Made by a program: the position numbers and the translations under genes. DNA of 64,000 nucleotides from Prevotella sp. (GTDB lineage Bacteria; Bacteroidota; Bacteroidia; Bacteroidales; Bacteroidaceae). The stretch is from NCBI GenBank assembly GCA_017447515.1, contig JAFSNG010000042.1:7186-71185 (forward strand). The letters run 5' to 3'. This document shows, one piece after another, positions 1-8,656 of the stretch. How positions within the stretch are numbered: the first letter of the stretch is position 1; each line of letters opens with the position of its first letter. The notes beneath the pieces are model-generated. The model worked only from the letters and a program-made list of their open reading frames with translations, made no database searches and was not told where the DNA came from.

Positions 1-2
1 TG

Positions 3-614
3 ATTATTGCCACAGGTGCCTCTGCCAAGTATCTGGGACTCGACGATGAGCGCAAATACAACGGTCAGGGTGTCAGTGCCTGCGCCACCTGCGACGGTTT
101 CTTCTACCGCAAGAAGACGGTAGCAGTCGTGGGTGGCGGTGATACCGCCTGCGAAGATGCCCTCTATCTCAGCGGACTCGCCAAGAAGGTGTATATGATT
201 GTCCGCAAGCCCTTCCTGCGTGCCTCAAAGGTCATGCAGCAGCGTGTCATGGAGCGTGAGAACATCGAAATCCTCTTCGAACACAATACGCTGGGACTCT
301 TTGGCGAGAATGGTGTCGAAGGTGCCCATCTGGTAAAACGCAAGGGTGAGGCCGACGAACAGCTGGTAGACATCCAGATTGATGGATTCTTCCTAGCCAT
401 TGGACACAAGCCCAACACCGACATCTTCAAGGAATGGCTCGAAACAGATGAAGTAGGCTATCTGAAGAAGATTGACGGCACGCCGCGCACCAAGCTGCCA
501 GGCATCTTCGTTGCAGGCGACTGTGCCGACCCCGTCTATCGTCAGGCCGTCAGCGCTGCAGGCACAGGCTGCCAGGCAGCCATCGAAGCAGAACGCTTCC
601 TATTAAACAGTTAG
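3..614 (+). CDS. trxB: thioredoxin-disulfide reductase (5'-truncated by window edge)
   Basis: Frame is open from nt 3: IIATGASA...GVSACATCDGFF (CxxC), VVGGGDTA NADPH motif, FVAGD and YRQA C-terminal motifs. Confidence 0.95.
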   Translation: MIATGASAKYLGLDDERKYNGQGVSACATCDGFFYRKKTVAVVGGGDTACEDALYLSGLAKKVYMIVRKPFLRASKVMQQRVMERENIEILFEHNTLGLFGENGVEGAHLVKRKGEADEQLVDIQIDGFFLAIGHKPNTDIFKEWLETDEVGYLKKIDGTPRTKLPGIFVAGDCADPVYRQAVSAAGTGCQAAIEAERFLLNS

Positions 615-643
615 TCTCTCTAGAAAAAAATGGTAAAAAACGG

Positions 644-673
644 AAAAAGCCCCGCTTCACAGCGGGGCTTTTT
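644..673. terminator. bidirectional intrinsic terminator
   Basis: AAAAAGCCCCGC-TTCACA-GCGGGGCTTTTT hairpin with A/T tails on both sides, 30 nt after the trxB stop. Confidence 0.85.
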
Positions 674-726
674 CATCAAAAAACTAAATTAATCAACCAT
701 AAACCTTAACCATTAAAAATCTTTTC
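644..726 (-). ncRNA. putative ~80-nt small RNA
   Basis: Minus-strand TACTTTTG -7 box at 732-739 points into a G/U-rich 50-nt stretch that ends at the 644-673 terminator; only a 6-codon ORF is present. Confidence 0.4.
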
Positions 727-780
727 ACTGGCAAAAGTACAACAAAAATTCAATACATGAGTTCAGTTAGCGTTAATTAA

Positions 781-836
781 GGTTTAAAATTCGTGATTTT
801 CACGTTTTATCTACCAAAAATCACGCATTTTAAACC
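781..836. promoter_or_regulatory. 20-bp inverted repeat (19/20) with 16-bp spacer, putative operator
   Basis: GGTTTAAAATTCGTGATTTT (781-800) / AAAATCACGCATTTTAAACC (817-836), between two divergent -7 boxes (732-739 minus, 898-905 plus). Confidence 0.55.
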
Positions 837-925
837 AAAATCGATAGGTTTAACATCTTTTTAGCCTATTTTTTGTTGTAATTTGAAGCAAAATAATTAT
901 ATTTGCAGCATCAAATTAGTCGCCA

Positions 926-1954
926 ATGAGTATTTTAAACGTTCTCTTCATCGCAATTATACTGTTTCTTGCAGGATATTCCCTTCGATTGAAGCTCAGA
1001 CAAAAGCCGGAAAGTGGTAATTTTCTGACTTTCGAGGGGCTGAATCTGCAGGTCAGTAACGACGATGTGATGCAATTCATTCGCGACACAGCCGAAAATT
1101 TCAGGCCAACCATGGAAAGCAGAAATATCTCCTTCAACGTCAAATGCAGCCCTGAGAGCATGATGGGGTGGATAGATACCGAAAAACTCGATACAATCTT
1201 TCTGTTGTTGCTTGCCGACATCATCAAAGGTTGCCCCGAAGAAGGGAAAATCACCATTCAGGCCAGTACCAACCGCAATTTCGACTCCGTCACCATCCGC
1301 ATCAACGACAATAGCAGCACATCACTGACGAAAAGCCTGTTCATTGCCCGGCAACTGGTCAACATGCATCACGGCAACCTGCGTAGCGAACACTACGAAG
1401 GTCAGGGCAATACGGTAATCATCGAACTGCCTATTAAGAAAGACATACTCGTGGCGAAACAAGCCACGCTGCCAACAGAACAGACAGCCAGCACGCAGCC
1501 GTCTTCGTTCCATATTCCCACCAATATCCAGCTGAATATTCCGACCATCGAACTGCCCGAAGGCATTGCCGAAGGTAGCCAGTCGCTTGGCACCCTTGTA
1601 CAACAGGCCTACAATTCGCCCAGCCATCAGTTCCTGCAGAAGGCCACGAAATGCGTTCAGGAACACCTCGACGACAGCGACTACGACCGCGATGCCTTTG
1701 CCGCCGACATGGGAGCCAGTGCCAGCACGCTCTACAACAAGCTGCGTGCACTGACCGGCAAAAACGTCACTGTATTCATTCGCGACATCCGCATCCAGAC
1801 CGCCATCAAGCTGGCCAAGGACCATCCCGACCTGCGCGTCAGCGATATTGCCTATCGCGTAGGCTTCAAGGATCCCAAATACTTTGCCACTACCTTCAAG
1901 AAAGTCACCGGCAAGCAGCCCAAGGAATATTTCGACGAAATCAGAAACGAATAA
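926..1954 (+). CDS. AraC-family regulator with N-terminal TM helix and degenerate HATPase_c-like domain
   Basis: C-terminal AraC HTH (LYNKLRALTG...DIAYRVGFKDPKYFATTFKK). The middle region resembles the HATPase of the HTCS at 11694-15689 but lacks the N/G boxes, HisKA and receiver. Confidence 0.8.
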   Translation: MSILNVLFIAIILFLAGYSLRLKLRQKPESGNFLTFEGLNLQVSNDDVMQFIRDTAENFRPTMESRNISFNVKCSPESMMGWIDTEKLDTIFLLLLADIIKGCPEEGKITIQASTNRNFDSVTIRINDNSSTSLTKSLFIARQLVNMHHGNLRSEHYEGQGNTVIIELPIKKDILVAKQATLPTEQTASTQPSSFHIPTNIQLNIPTIELPEGIAEGSQSLGTLVQQAYNSPSHQFLQKATKCVQEHLDDSDYDRDAFAADMGASASTLYNKLRALTGKNVTVFIRDIRIQTAIKLAKDHPDLRVSDIAYRVGFKDPKYFATTFKKVTGKQPKEYFDEIRNE

Positions 1955-1968
1955 ATACACATGTATTT

Positions 1969-3411
1969 TTATGCAGCGTCATCCATTGTACGCGACGTGA
2001 GCCATAGGCCGGTGAAGGTCAGGAGGCCGTTCATCATCAGCAGTTCGTAGCCGAAATGATAGCCGGTGGTCTGGCCCACCACATATTCGATGGCGTAGCA
2101 CAAGAAGGGCGAGGCCACGGCGACATACGGCACCAAGCGGTCGTTGACGGGACGTTTGGTGAGCAGTCCATAGGCAAAGAGGCCCAGCAGGGGACCGTAG
2201 GTGTAGCCGCAAATGATGTAGATGGCATCAATGAGACTGGTGGAATTGACGGCCTTGAACAGCAGGATGAACAGCACGAAGACACCACAGACCGCAATAT
2301 GGGTGCGCTTGCGCAGGCGTTCGTCGTCCTTTCGTCCAAGGATATCCACACAGTAGATGGTAGTCAGCGAGGTCAGCGCGGAGTCGGCACTGGAGAACGC
2401 CGCCGCCACGATGCCAAGGACGAAGAGGATGGGGATAACGGCGATATAATCGCCGCCCGCAGTAAAGGAACTGACGAAATGCGGCAGGAGGTCGTCGCCG
2501 CTGGCGGGAAGGGCCATGCCCTGTCGCTGATACCACATGGTAAGCAGAACGCCCAAGGCCAGAAACAGCATGTTAGCCGGTAGAAAAGCCACGCCGTAGG
2601 TACACATGTCCTTCTGCGCTCCACGTAGCGTCTTGCACGTCAGATTCTTCTGCATCATGTCCTGATCGACACCTGTCATCACCAACACGACGAAGACACC
2701 GCTGAGGAACTGTTTCCAGAAATTCTGCTTCGATGCCCAGTCGTCCCAGACGAAGACGCGCGACAGCGCGTTACTATCGACGGCACTGACGGCCGCACTC
2801 ATGGTCAAGCCCAAATCCTCTGCCACCTTATATATAATTAGGAGCAGGGCTGCAAAGAGGCAGAGCGTCTGGAAGGAGTCCGTCCACACCAGCGTCTTGA
2901 TGCCTCCCGTGCGGGTGTACAGCCAAATGAGCAGCACGAGTATCACCGTCGTCACGGCGAATGGCACGCCGTGCGGTTCGAACACGAAACGCTGCAGGAT
3001 GATGCATACCACGTAGAAGCGCACGGCAGCACCCGCCATCTTCGACAGCAGGAAGATCCATGAGCCCGTCTTGTGTGAACGCCGTCCCAGCCGTTGTCCC
3101 AGATAAGCATAGATGGACGTCAGGTTCAGCCGGTAATACAGCGGCAGCAGTGCGAAGGCCACCACCACATAGCCCAGAATAAAACCCATGCACATCTGCA
3201 GATAGGTCATCTGTGTGTTCAACACCATGCCTGGCACTGAAATAAACGTGATGCCCGATATGGACGCACCGATCATGCCGAAGGCCACCATAAGCCACGG
3301 CGACTTCTTGTCGGCGCGATAGAACGTCTCGTTGGTTGCCCGCCGTCCCTGCCACCTGCTCATGGCAAAAAGTAAGGAAAAATATGCCAGTACTATCACA
3401 ATTATCATCAT
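1969..3411 (-). CDS. sodium:solute symporter (SSS family)
   Basis: About 13 TM segments; SISGITFISVPG, GGIKTLVWTD, GVDQDMMQK and SSADSALTSL motifs. Confidence 0.9.
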   Translation of the reverse strand: MMIIVIVLAYFSLLFAMSRWQGRRATNETFYRADKKSPWLMVAFGMIGASISGITFISVPGMVLNTQMTYLQMCMGFILGYVVVAFALLPLYYRLNLTSIYAYLGQRLGRRSHKTGSWIFLLSKMAGAAVRFYVVCIILQRFVFEPHGVPFAVTTVILVLLIWLYTRTGGIKTLVWTDSFQTLCLFAALLLIIYKVAEDLGLTMSAAVSAVDSNALSRVFVWDDWASKQNFWKQFLSGVFVVLVMTGVDQDMMQKNLTCKTLRGAQKDMCTYGVAFLPANMLFLALGVLLTMWYQRQGMALPASGDDLLPHFVSSFTAGGDYIAVIPILFVLGIVAAAFSSADSALTSLTTIYCVDILGRKDDERLRKRTHIAVCGVFVLFILLFKAVNSTSLIDAIYIICGYTYGPLLGLFAYGLLTKRPVNDRLVPYVAVASPFLCYAIEYVVGQTTGYHFGYELLMMNGLLTFTGLWLTSRTMDDAA

Positions 3412-3433
3412 AACGGGTGCAAAGGTAGCAAAA

Positions 3434-3516
3434 AGTTAAGAGTTAAGAGTTAAGAGTTAAGAAAAAATGTAAGACAAATGTAATTTTCTTCATTCTTAAT
3501 TCTTCATTCTTAATTA
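3434..3516. repeat. two heptamer tandem tracts, (AGTTAAG)4 and (TTCTTMA)4, roughly inverted
   Basis: Read directly between the divergent SSS and trpB2 promoters. Confidence 0.85.
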
Positions 3517-3564
3517 AATTATGTAATTTTGCAGGCGGTAATTATTCACCAACAACAAAAAACA

Positions 3565-4926
3565 ATGGCAAAACAGAAAAAATTCATCCTTCAGGAGAGT
3601 GAGATTCCAACACAGTGGTACAACATTCAGGCCGACATGCCCAACAAACCCATGCCGCCTATCCATCCGGCTACCAAGCAGCCGTTGGGAGTAGATGACC
3701 TCGCACACATCTTCCCACGCGAGTGCTGCGTGCAGGAGCTCGATACGGAGCACCGCTGGATAGACATCCCTGAAGACGTACTCGAGAAGTACAAGTACTA
3801 TCGTTCTACCCCGCTGGTGCGCGCCTATGCCCTCGAAGAGGCCCTTGGCACACCTGCCCACATCTATTTCAAGAACGAGTCAACCAACCCCTTAGGTTCC
3901 CACAAGATCAACTCTGCCCTACCCCAGTGCTACTATGCCAAGCAGGAGGGCACGACCAACGTCACCACTGAGACGGGTGCCGGACAGTGGGGTGCAGCCC
4001 TCAGCTATGCTGCCAAGATCTATGGCCTCGACTGCGCCGTCTATCAGGTGAAGATTACCATGCAGCAGAAGCCCTACCGTTCTTCGATTATGCGCACCTT
4101 CGGCGCCGTCGTCACAGGTTCTCCATCAATGTCAACCCGTGCCGGTAAGGACATCCTGACCAAGGACCCCACGCACTCTGGTTCGCTGGGTACCGCTATC
4201 TCTGAGGCTGTCGAGTTGGCTACGACCACTCCCAATTGTAAATATACGCTCGGCTCTGTGCTGAACCACGTAGGCCTGCATCAGACCATCATCGGTCTGG
4301 AGGCTGAGAAGCAGATGCAGATGGCTGGCGAATATCCTGACATCGTCATCGGCTGCTTCGGTGGCGGTAGTAACTTCGGTGGTATCTCGTTCCCCTTCAT
4401 GCGTCACAACCTCAGCGGCGAGCGCCATACGGAATTCATTGCTGCCGAACCCGACAGCTGTCCGAAGCTGACTCGCGGTCAGTTCCGCTACGACTTTGGT
4501 GACGAGGCAGGTTATACCCCGCTGTTGCCCATGTTTACGCTGGGCCACAACTTCAAGCCCTCGAACATCCATGCCGGCGGTCTGCGCTATCATGGTGCCG
4601 GCATGATTATCTCGCAGTTGATTAAGGACGGCTACATGCATGGTGTTGATATTCCTCAGCTTGAGACTTTCGAGGCCGGTATGCTGTTTGCCCGTACGGA
4701 GGGCATCATCCCCGCTCCTGAGAGCACCCACGCCATCGCCGCCACCATCCGCGAAGCTAAGAAGTGCAAGGAGACTGGCGAGGAGAAGGTCATCCTCTTC
4801 AACCTCTCCGGCCACGGACTCATCGACATGCCGTCGTACGAAGCCTTCATCAAGGGCGACCTGCAGAACTACACGGTTACCGACGAGATGATTGCCGAGA
4901 ACCTGGCCGAGTTAGACAAGCAATAG
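3565..4926 (+). CDS. trpB2: TrpB-like PLP enzyme (tryptophan synthase beta chain 2)
   Basis: GSHKIN PLP lysine, TTETGAGQWG, GGGSN, HAGGLRYHG, PAPESTHA, NLSGHG. ATG at 3565 follows a TAATTTTG -7 box. Confidence 0.92.
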   Translation: MAKQKKFILQESEIPTQWYNIQADMPNKPMPPIHPATKQPLGVDDLAHIFPRECCVQELDTEHRWIDIPEDVLEKYKYYRSTPLVRAYALEEALGTPAHIYFKNESTNPLGSHKINSALPQCYYAKQEGTTNVTTETGAGQWGAALSYAAKIYGLDCAVYQVKITMQQKPYRSSIMRTFGAVVTGSPSMSTRAGKDILTKDPTHSGSLGTAISEAVELATTTPNCKYTLGSVLNHVGLHQTIIGLEAEKQMQMAGEYPDIVIGCFGGGSNFGGISFPFMRHNLSGERHTEFIAAEPDSCPKLTRGQFRYDFGDEAGYTPLLPMFTLGHNFKPSNIHAGGLRYHGAGMIISQLIKDGYMHGVDIPQLETFEAGMLFARTEGIIPAPESTHAIAATIREAKKCKETGEEKVILFNLSGHGLIDMPSYEAFIKGDLQNYTVTDEMIAENLAELDKQ

Positions 4927-4928
4927 TA

Positions 4929-5088
4929 TATATACTCAACTTTCGCAAGCTCAGTCTCGTGAGAGGTAAGAGGTGAGAAGTAAGAGGTGAGAGATATGTT
5001 GGATAAACCCATTAGAGGACTATTCTCTTACCTCTTACCACTCACCTCTAAAAAGTGAGTTTGTGAAACATGCGAAACTTGAATTATA
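4929..5088. repeat. long imperfect palindrome/MITE-like element with (TRAGAGG)n arms
   Basis: TATACTCAACTTTCGCA vs TGCGAAACTTGAATTATA termini; heptamer tract 4960-4994 is complementary to 5024-5049. Lies between convergent genes. Confidence 0.65.
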
Positions 5089-6754
5089 ATCCCCAATTGT
5101 CGTATTGTACGTCGAAACCGCCGAGGAGAAACCAGTTGGCCAGCTCGCGCTCATAGAGACGTTGCAGGTAGGTGGGAGCCTCGACCTGGTCGTATAGGGG
5201 AAGTCCGGGCAGGATGCTGCCAGACTCAGGTACTGACGAAGGAGTAGACAGGAGATAAGCAACGACGGACAGGATGTCTTCAAGGGTGATGCCGGCATCT
5301 TCCAGCATTTCCTCGGCATCCTCTGGTGTCAGGTCGACCTTGGCCAGTGCGTCCTTGATGCCCGGTACCATGTCCATGAGCATAGCCAGGATACCAACCC
5401 TGTTGGCACGATGTGCTTCAATCTGCTCAGGAGCCAATTTGATATTGATTAGCTTGCGCAGGTCGATACCCCAACTCTCCAGCGTCTTGAGAACCTTGAG
5501 AATGTTGAGGTCTTTCACCACGTCGTGGTAATAGCGGTTCTGCCCGCCCTCGTAGTAGAGTACGGGCCACACCTCAATGGCGGCAACGGTCTGGATGAGC
5601 CATACGATAGCCGAGAGGGAGTGGTTGAGCTTGAACACCAGCGTATTGGTCTGGAGGTTGGTCTTTCCCGGAACCAAACTGGGCGTAAAGCCCTTGTCGC
5701 GCATCCAAGGGATGATAGGACGTACGCATTGGATGGGTACGTAGTTGTCGTGACGGCTGTGCTCGATGAAGTAACGCTGAGTCGTGTCAATGTCCCAGCC
5801 GTTCATGAGGTTAATCTTCTCCAATGCAGCCATGAAAACCTTGGCCTGGTCGCTCTCCACGTCCATGTAGGCGGGTTGGATGAGGTTATGCAACGAATCC
5901 CGCATGCTGACGCCATAGTCGCCGAGCGTGCTTTTCTTCTTGGTCTTGACATATTCCTTCGCACCAGAGGCCAGAGGTTCCTTGAACAGGTCCTTGTAGT
6001 CGATGTCGAGGTGCAGGTTCTCAACGGCCGAGATGAGCATCATGACAACATCCTTGCAGTCCTCGCACCAGTCGCGCTTGACATACTCCTTGTAGGCAAT
6101 GACATAGTCGGTAGGACCACCGCCGGCAAAGGACTTGGTGAAGGTGACGCCCTTGTCCTTATACTCTTGATCGCGCAGCTTGGCCACATAGAGGGTCTCG
6201 GAACCGCCCTGCGAGAAACCGAGGTTGAACAGGTACTTGCCTTGGGAGATACCCTTGTCGGCAAGCAACTGACGGGCAGCCAGCAAACCGTCGAGCGAGT
6301 TGCGGGCATTTACGTCGCCGCTATGGTAGAACGAAGGTTTGTCGATGCTTGAACCGTAACCGATGAAATCGCTCATCACGAGGATATAGTAGGGTTTCAA
6401 CGGGTTGGAGATGAGTCCGTTGAGCAGCTCGGTGTTACCTGTCGACGGTGCATCCTCGGGGTCGCCCAGCGTGGCACGGTTGAAGAGCATGATGCCGTCG
6501 CAGGGTGCCGTGCCTTTGGCAATCTCAGAGGGGATGATGATGACTCCACTGATGGTAACGGGCTTGCCGTCGACATCCTTCGAGGGATATTCATAGACGT
6601 AACGGCGGACGTTGCGCGAGTAGAGCGTCACTCCGCCTGCCCTGGTCTTGATGGTGGTGTCGGCCTCGGCAATAATCTTATAAGTGTACTCCTCTGCGGC
6701 ACAGGTCAACACACAGGCTACGAGTGCCAAAATGATGATTGCTGTCTTTTTCAT
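5084..6754 (-). CDS. secreted alpha/beta-hydrolase (lipase/esterase family)
   Basis: Signal peptide, DFIGYG, GFSQGG nucleophile elbow, HSRHDNYVP acid motif. Confidence 0.75.
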   Translation of the reverse strand: MKKTAIIILALVACVLTCAAEEYTYKIIAEADTTIKTRAGGVTLYSRNVRRYVYEYPSKDVDGKPVTISGVIIIPSEIAKGTAPCDGIMLFNRATLGDPEDAPSTGNTELLNGLISNPLKPYYILVMSDFIGYGSSIDKPSFYHSGDVNARNSLDGLLAARQLLADKGISQGKYLFNLGFSQGGSETLYVAKLRDQEYKDKGVTFTKSFAGGGPTDYVIAYKEYVKRDWCEDCKDVVMMLISAVENLHLDIDYKDLFKEPLASGAKEYVKTKKKSTLGDYGVSMRDSLHNLIQPAYMDVESDQAKVFMAALEKINLMNGWDIDTTQRYFIEHSRHDNYVPIQCVRPIIPWMRDKGFTPSLVPGKTNLQTNTLVFKLNHSLSAIVWLIQTVAAIEVWPVLYYEGGQNRYYHDVVKDLNILKVLKTLESWGIDLRKLINIKLAPEQIEAHRANRVGILAMLMDMVPGIKDALAKVDLTPEDAEEMLEDAGITLEDILSVVAYLLSTPSSVPESGSILPGLPLYDQVEAPTYLQRLYERELANWFLLGGFDVQYDNWGL

Positions 6755-6788
6755 TTGCTTTTGATATGATGATTGCTAAAAACTTGCT

Positions 6789-8489
6789 TCATTTCTCAAC
6801 GCGTATCCAGTCGGCATCTAACCATCCGCGATCCGCTTTGGCATCGGTTTCGACGCTGACGAAACCAAACTTCGCACCAATCCATTTGCCCTGGCGCATC
6901 TGGAAATCGTCGCCGCAGTCGGTGAACTTCTTACCATTCAGGCTGTAGGCAAAATGCACAATGGGTTTGCCGCCATGAGCGACACCAGCCTCAGCATTCG
7001 TGACGGTAAGGCGCAGATAGATATCCTCATGGATGCCTGGTTTATAATCAATCTTGTCCTCGGCAGTAGGTTTGAGGGTTGCGATGAGCTTTTCCTCTTG
7101 GGCCTTGCCCTTGTCGGCATCATGGCAGGTGAGTTGTAGCAGTTGGAATGCTCTGCCCACACGTTTCACCACCAATGCGGAATAGTCGAGTCCCATCATG
7201 ATGAGACCACCCATCTGACCGTCAGCCTTCGATGTGAAGCAAATCTTCGTGGTGACGGTGAACTCGTCGGCAGGGGTCTTTTGCAACAGCATGTTAGGAA
7301 CGAGGAAAAGGTTTGAGGGCACATCTTCCTTCTGACCTCTCACATCAGACATCTTATAAGTATAGATGCGCATGGTGCCAAAGGCGGTGGGAACGCCGAA
7401 TTTCTCGTCGTAGTTGGCCTGCCACTGCCACTGCTTGCCAATCGTCGCGCCGTCGAACTCATCGCTCTCAGCGGGGTTGACCACGACGGTGCTCGACGTT
7501 TTCGGCTTCTGATATGTCGTCACGGGCTCCCCCTTCTTTCCCATGATGGGCCACTCTGAACTCCAGTCAACGGGATTCAAGTGAACCACGCGACCATAGG
7601 CCTCCTTGTCCTGGAAGTGGACGAACCAGTCCTCACCATATTTATTATGTACCCACGCACCTTGGTGAGGGCCGTTGATGGCGGACTTGCCCTGCGCGAG
7701 GACGATTTTGTGTTCGTAAGGACCGTAGGGGCTCTTGCTGCGCATGGCCAACTGGAAGCCTTCAGGGACGCCACCAGCAGGACACATAATCCAATACCAG
7801 CCGTCGCGCTTGTAGAACTTCGGACCCTCGCAGGTGCGGTTTTCAGTGCCATTACCGTCGAACACGATGACAGGCTGTCCGATGGCCTTTGTGCCGTCGG
7901 CACTCATCTCGCGAACCGTCAGCACAGAGGCATATTTCGCACGGCTGTTAGCCCAGCCGTTGACCAGATAGCAGCGTCCGTCGTCGTCCCATAACGGGGT
8001 TGTATCGATATATCCCTGTCCGCGAATGACGCAGACGGGAGCCTCCCATTCGCCAGCAGGGTCGCCGTTGCGCGTCTTGACCATCATGACGCCGAAGTCG
8101 GGGTCGCCCCAATAGATGTAATATTGTCCGTCGTGATAGCGAATGCTCGGAGCCCAGACGCCATTGCCGTGCTGCGGCGTGTTGAAATGTTCGATGAGTT
8201 TACCATCGCCCTCGTAGAGCTTGTCAAGGGCATAGCCCACAATCTCCCAGTTCACCAAATCCTTCGAGTGGAGGATGGGCAGCCCTGGAGTACACTGAAA
8301 CGAGGATGCCGTCATGTAGTAGTCCTCGCCAGATGGTCCCACGCAAACGTCGGGGTCGCTGTAGTCGGCATTAATCACGGGATTGGTATAGGTGCCGTCA
8401 CCATTGTCGGGCGACCATACCTGCGATCGGTATTGGCCCATCAGCGTTATGGGCAACACCATCAATAGCATCAAGAGCAGTTTTCTCAT
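6789..8489 (-). CDS. GH43 beta-xylosidase/alpha-L-arabinofuranosidase with C-terminal beta-sandwich
   Basis: Signal peptide; ADYSDPDV, WAP, IDTTPLWD, EGPKFYK and PHQG motifs. Confidence 0.9.
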   Translation of the reverse strand: MRKLLLMLLMVLPITLMGQYRSQVWSPDNGDGTYTNPVINADYSDPDVCVGPSGEDYYMTASSFQCTPGLPILHSKDLVNWEIVGYALDKLYEGDGKLIEHFNTPQHGNGVWAPSIRYHDGQYYIYWGDPDFGVMMVKTRNGDPAGEWEAPVCVIRGQGYIDTTPLWDDDGRCYLVNGWANSRAKYASVLTVREMSADGTKAIGQPVIVFDGNGTENRTCEGPKFYKRDGWYWIMCPAGGVPEGFQLAMRSKSPYGPYEHKIVLAQGKSAINGPHQGAWVHNKYGEDWFVHFQDKEAYGRVVHLNPVDWSSEWPIMGKKGEPVTTYQKPKTSSTVVVNPAESDEFDGATIGKQWQWQANYDEKFGVPTAFGTMRIYTYKMSDVRGQKEDVPSNLFLVPNMLLQKTPADEFTVTTKICFTSKADGQMGGLIMMGLDYSALVVKRVGRAFQLLQLTCHDADKGKAQEEKLIATLKPTAEDKIDYKPGIHEDIYLRLTVTNAEAGVAHGGKPIVHFAYSLNGKKFTDCGDDFQMRQGKWIGAKFGFVSVETDAKADRGWLDADWIRVEK

Positions 8490-8603
8490 ATTCCATTTGT
8501 TTTAGCATGTTGCTTCTGGGTGCAAAGTTAGTCATTTTTTAGGAAATACGCACGTTTTTTGTTCAAAAACAGTCCTTTTGCCCATAAAACCATGAGGCTT
8601 AAG

Positions 8604-8636
8604 GACAAAAGCGACTGATAATCGTCTATTTCTATA
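8604..8636 (+). promoter_or_regulatory. putative ECF-sigma promoter GACAAA-N13-CGTCTA
   Basis: Same motif and spacing at 59555-59587 (minus); no TAnnTTTG box seen for this gene. Confidence 0.5.
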
Positions 8637-8656
8637 GGACAACACAACTGATAAGT

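Noticed and set aside
781-836. Invertible (phase-variable) promoter
   Set aside because: The spacer is only 16 bp and contains no -7 box; no recombinase gene nearby.
3565-4926. Orphan trpB without trpA as a novelty
   Set aside because: Stand-alone TrpB2 enzymes are an established family in Bacteroidota and archaea.
4941-4965. Fourth copy of the mini-element (TTCGCAAGCTCAGTCTCGTGAGAG)
   Set aside because: Only the first 7 nt and a tiny hairpin resemble it; better explained as an arm of the 4929-5088 palindrome.
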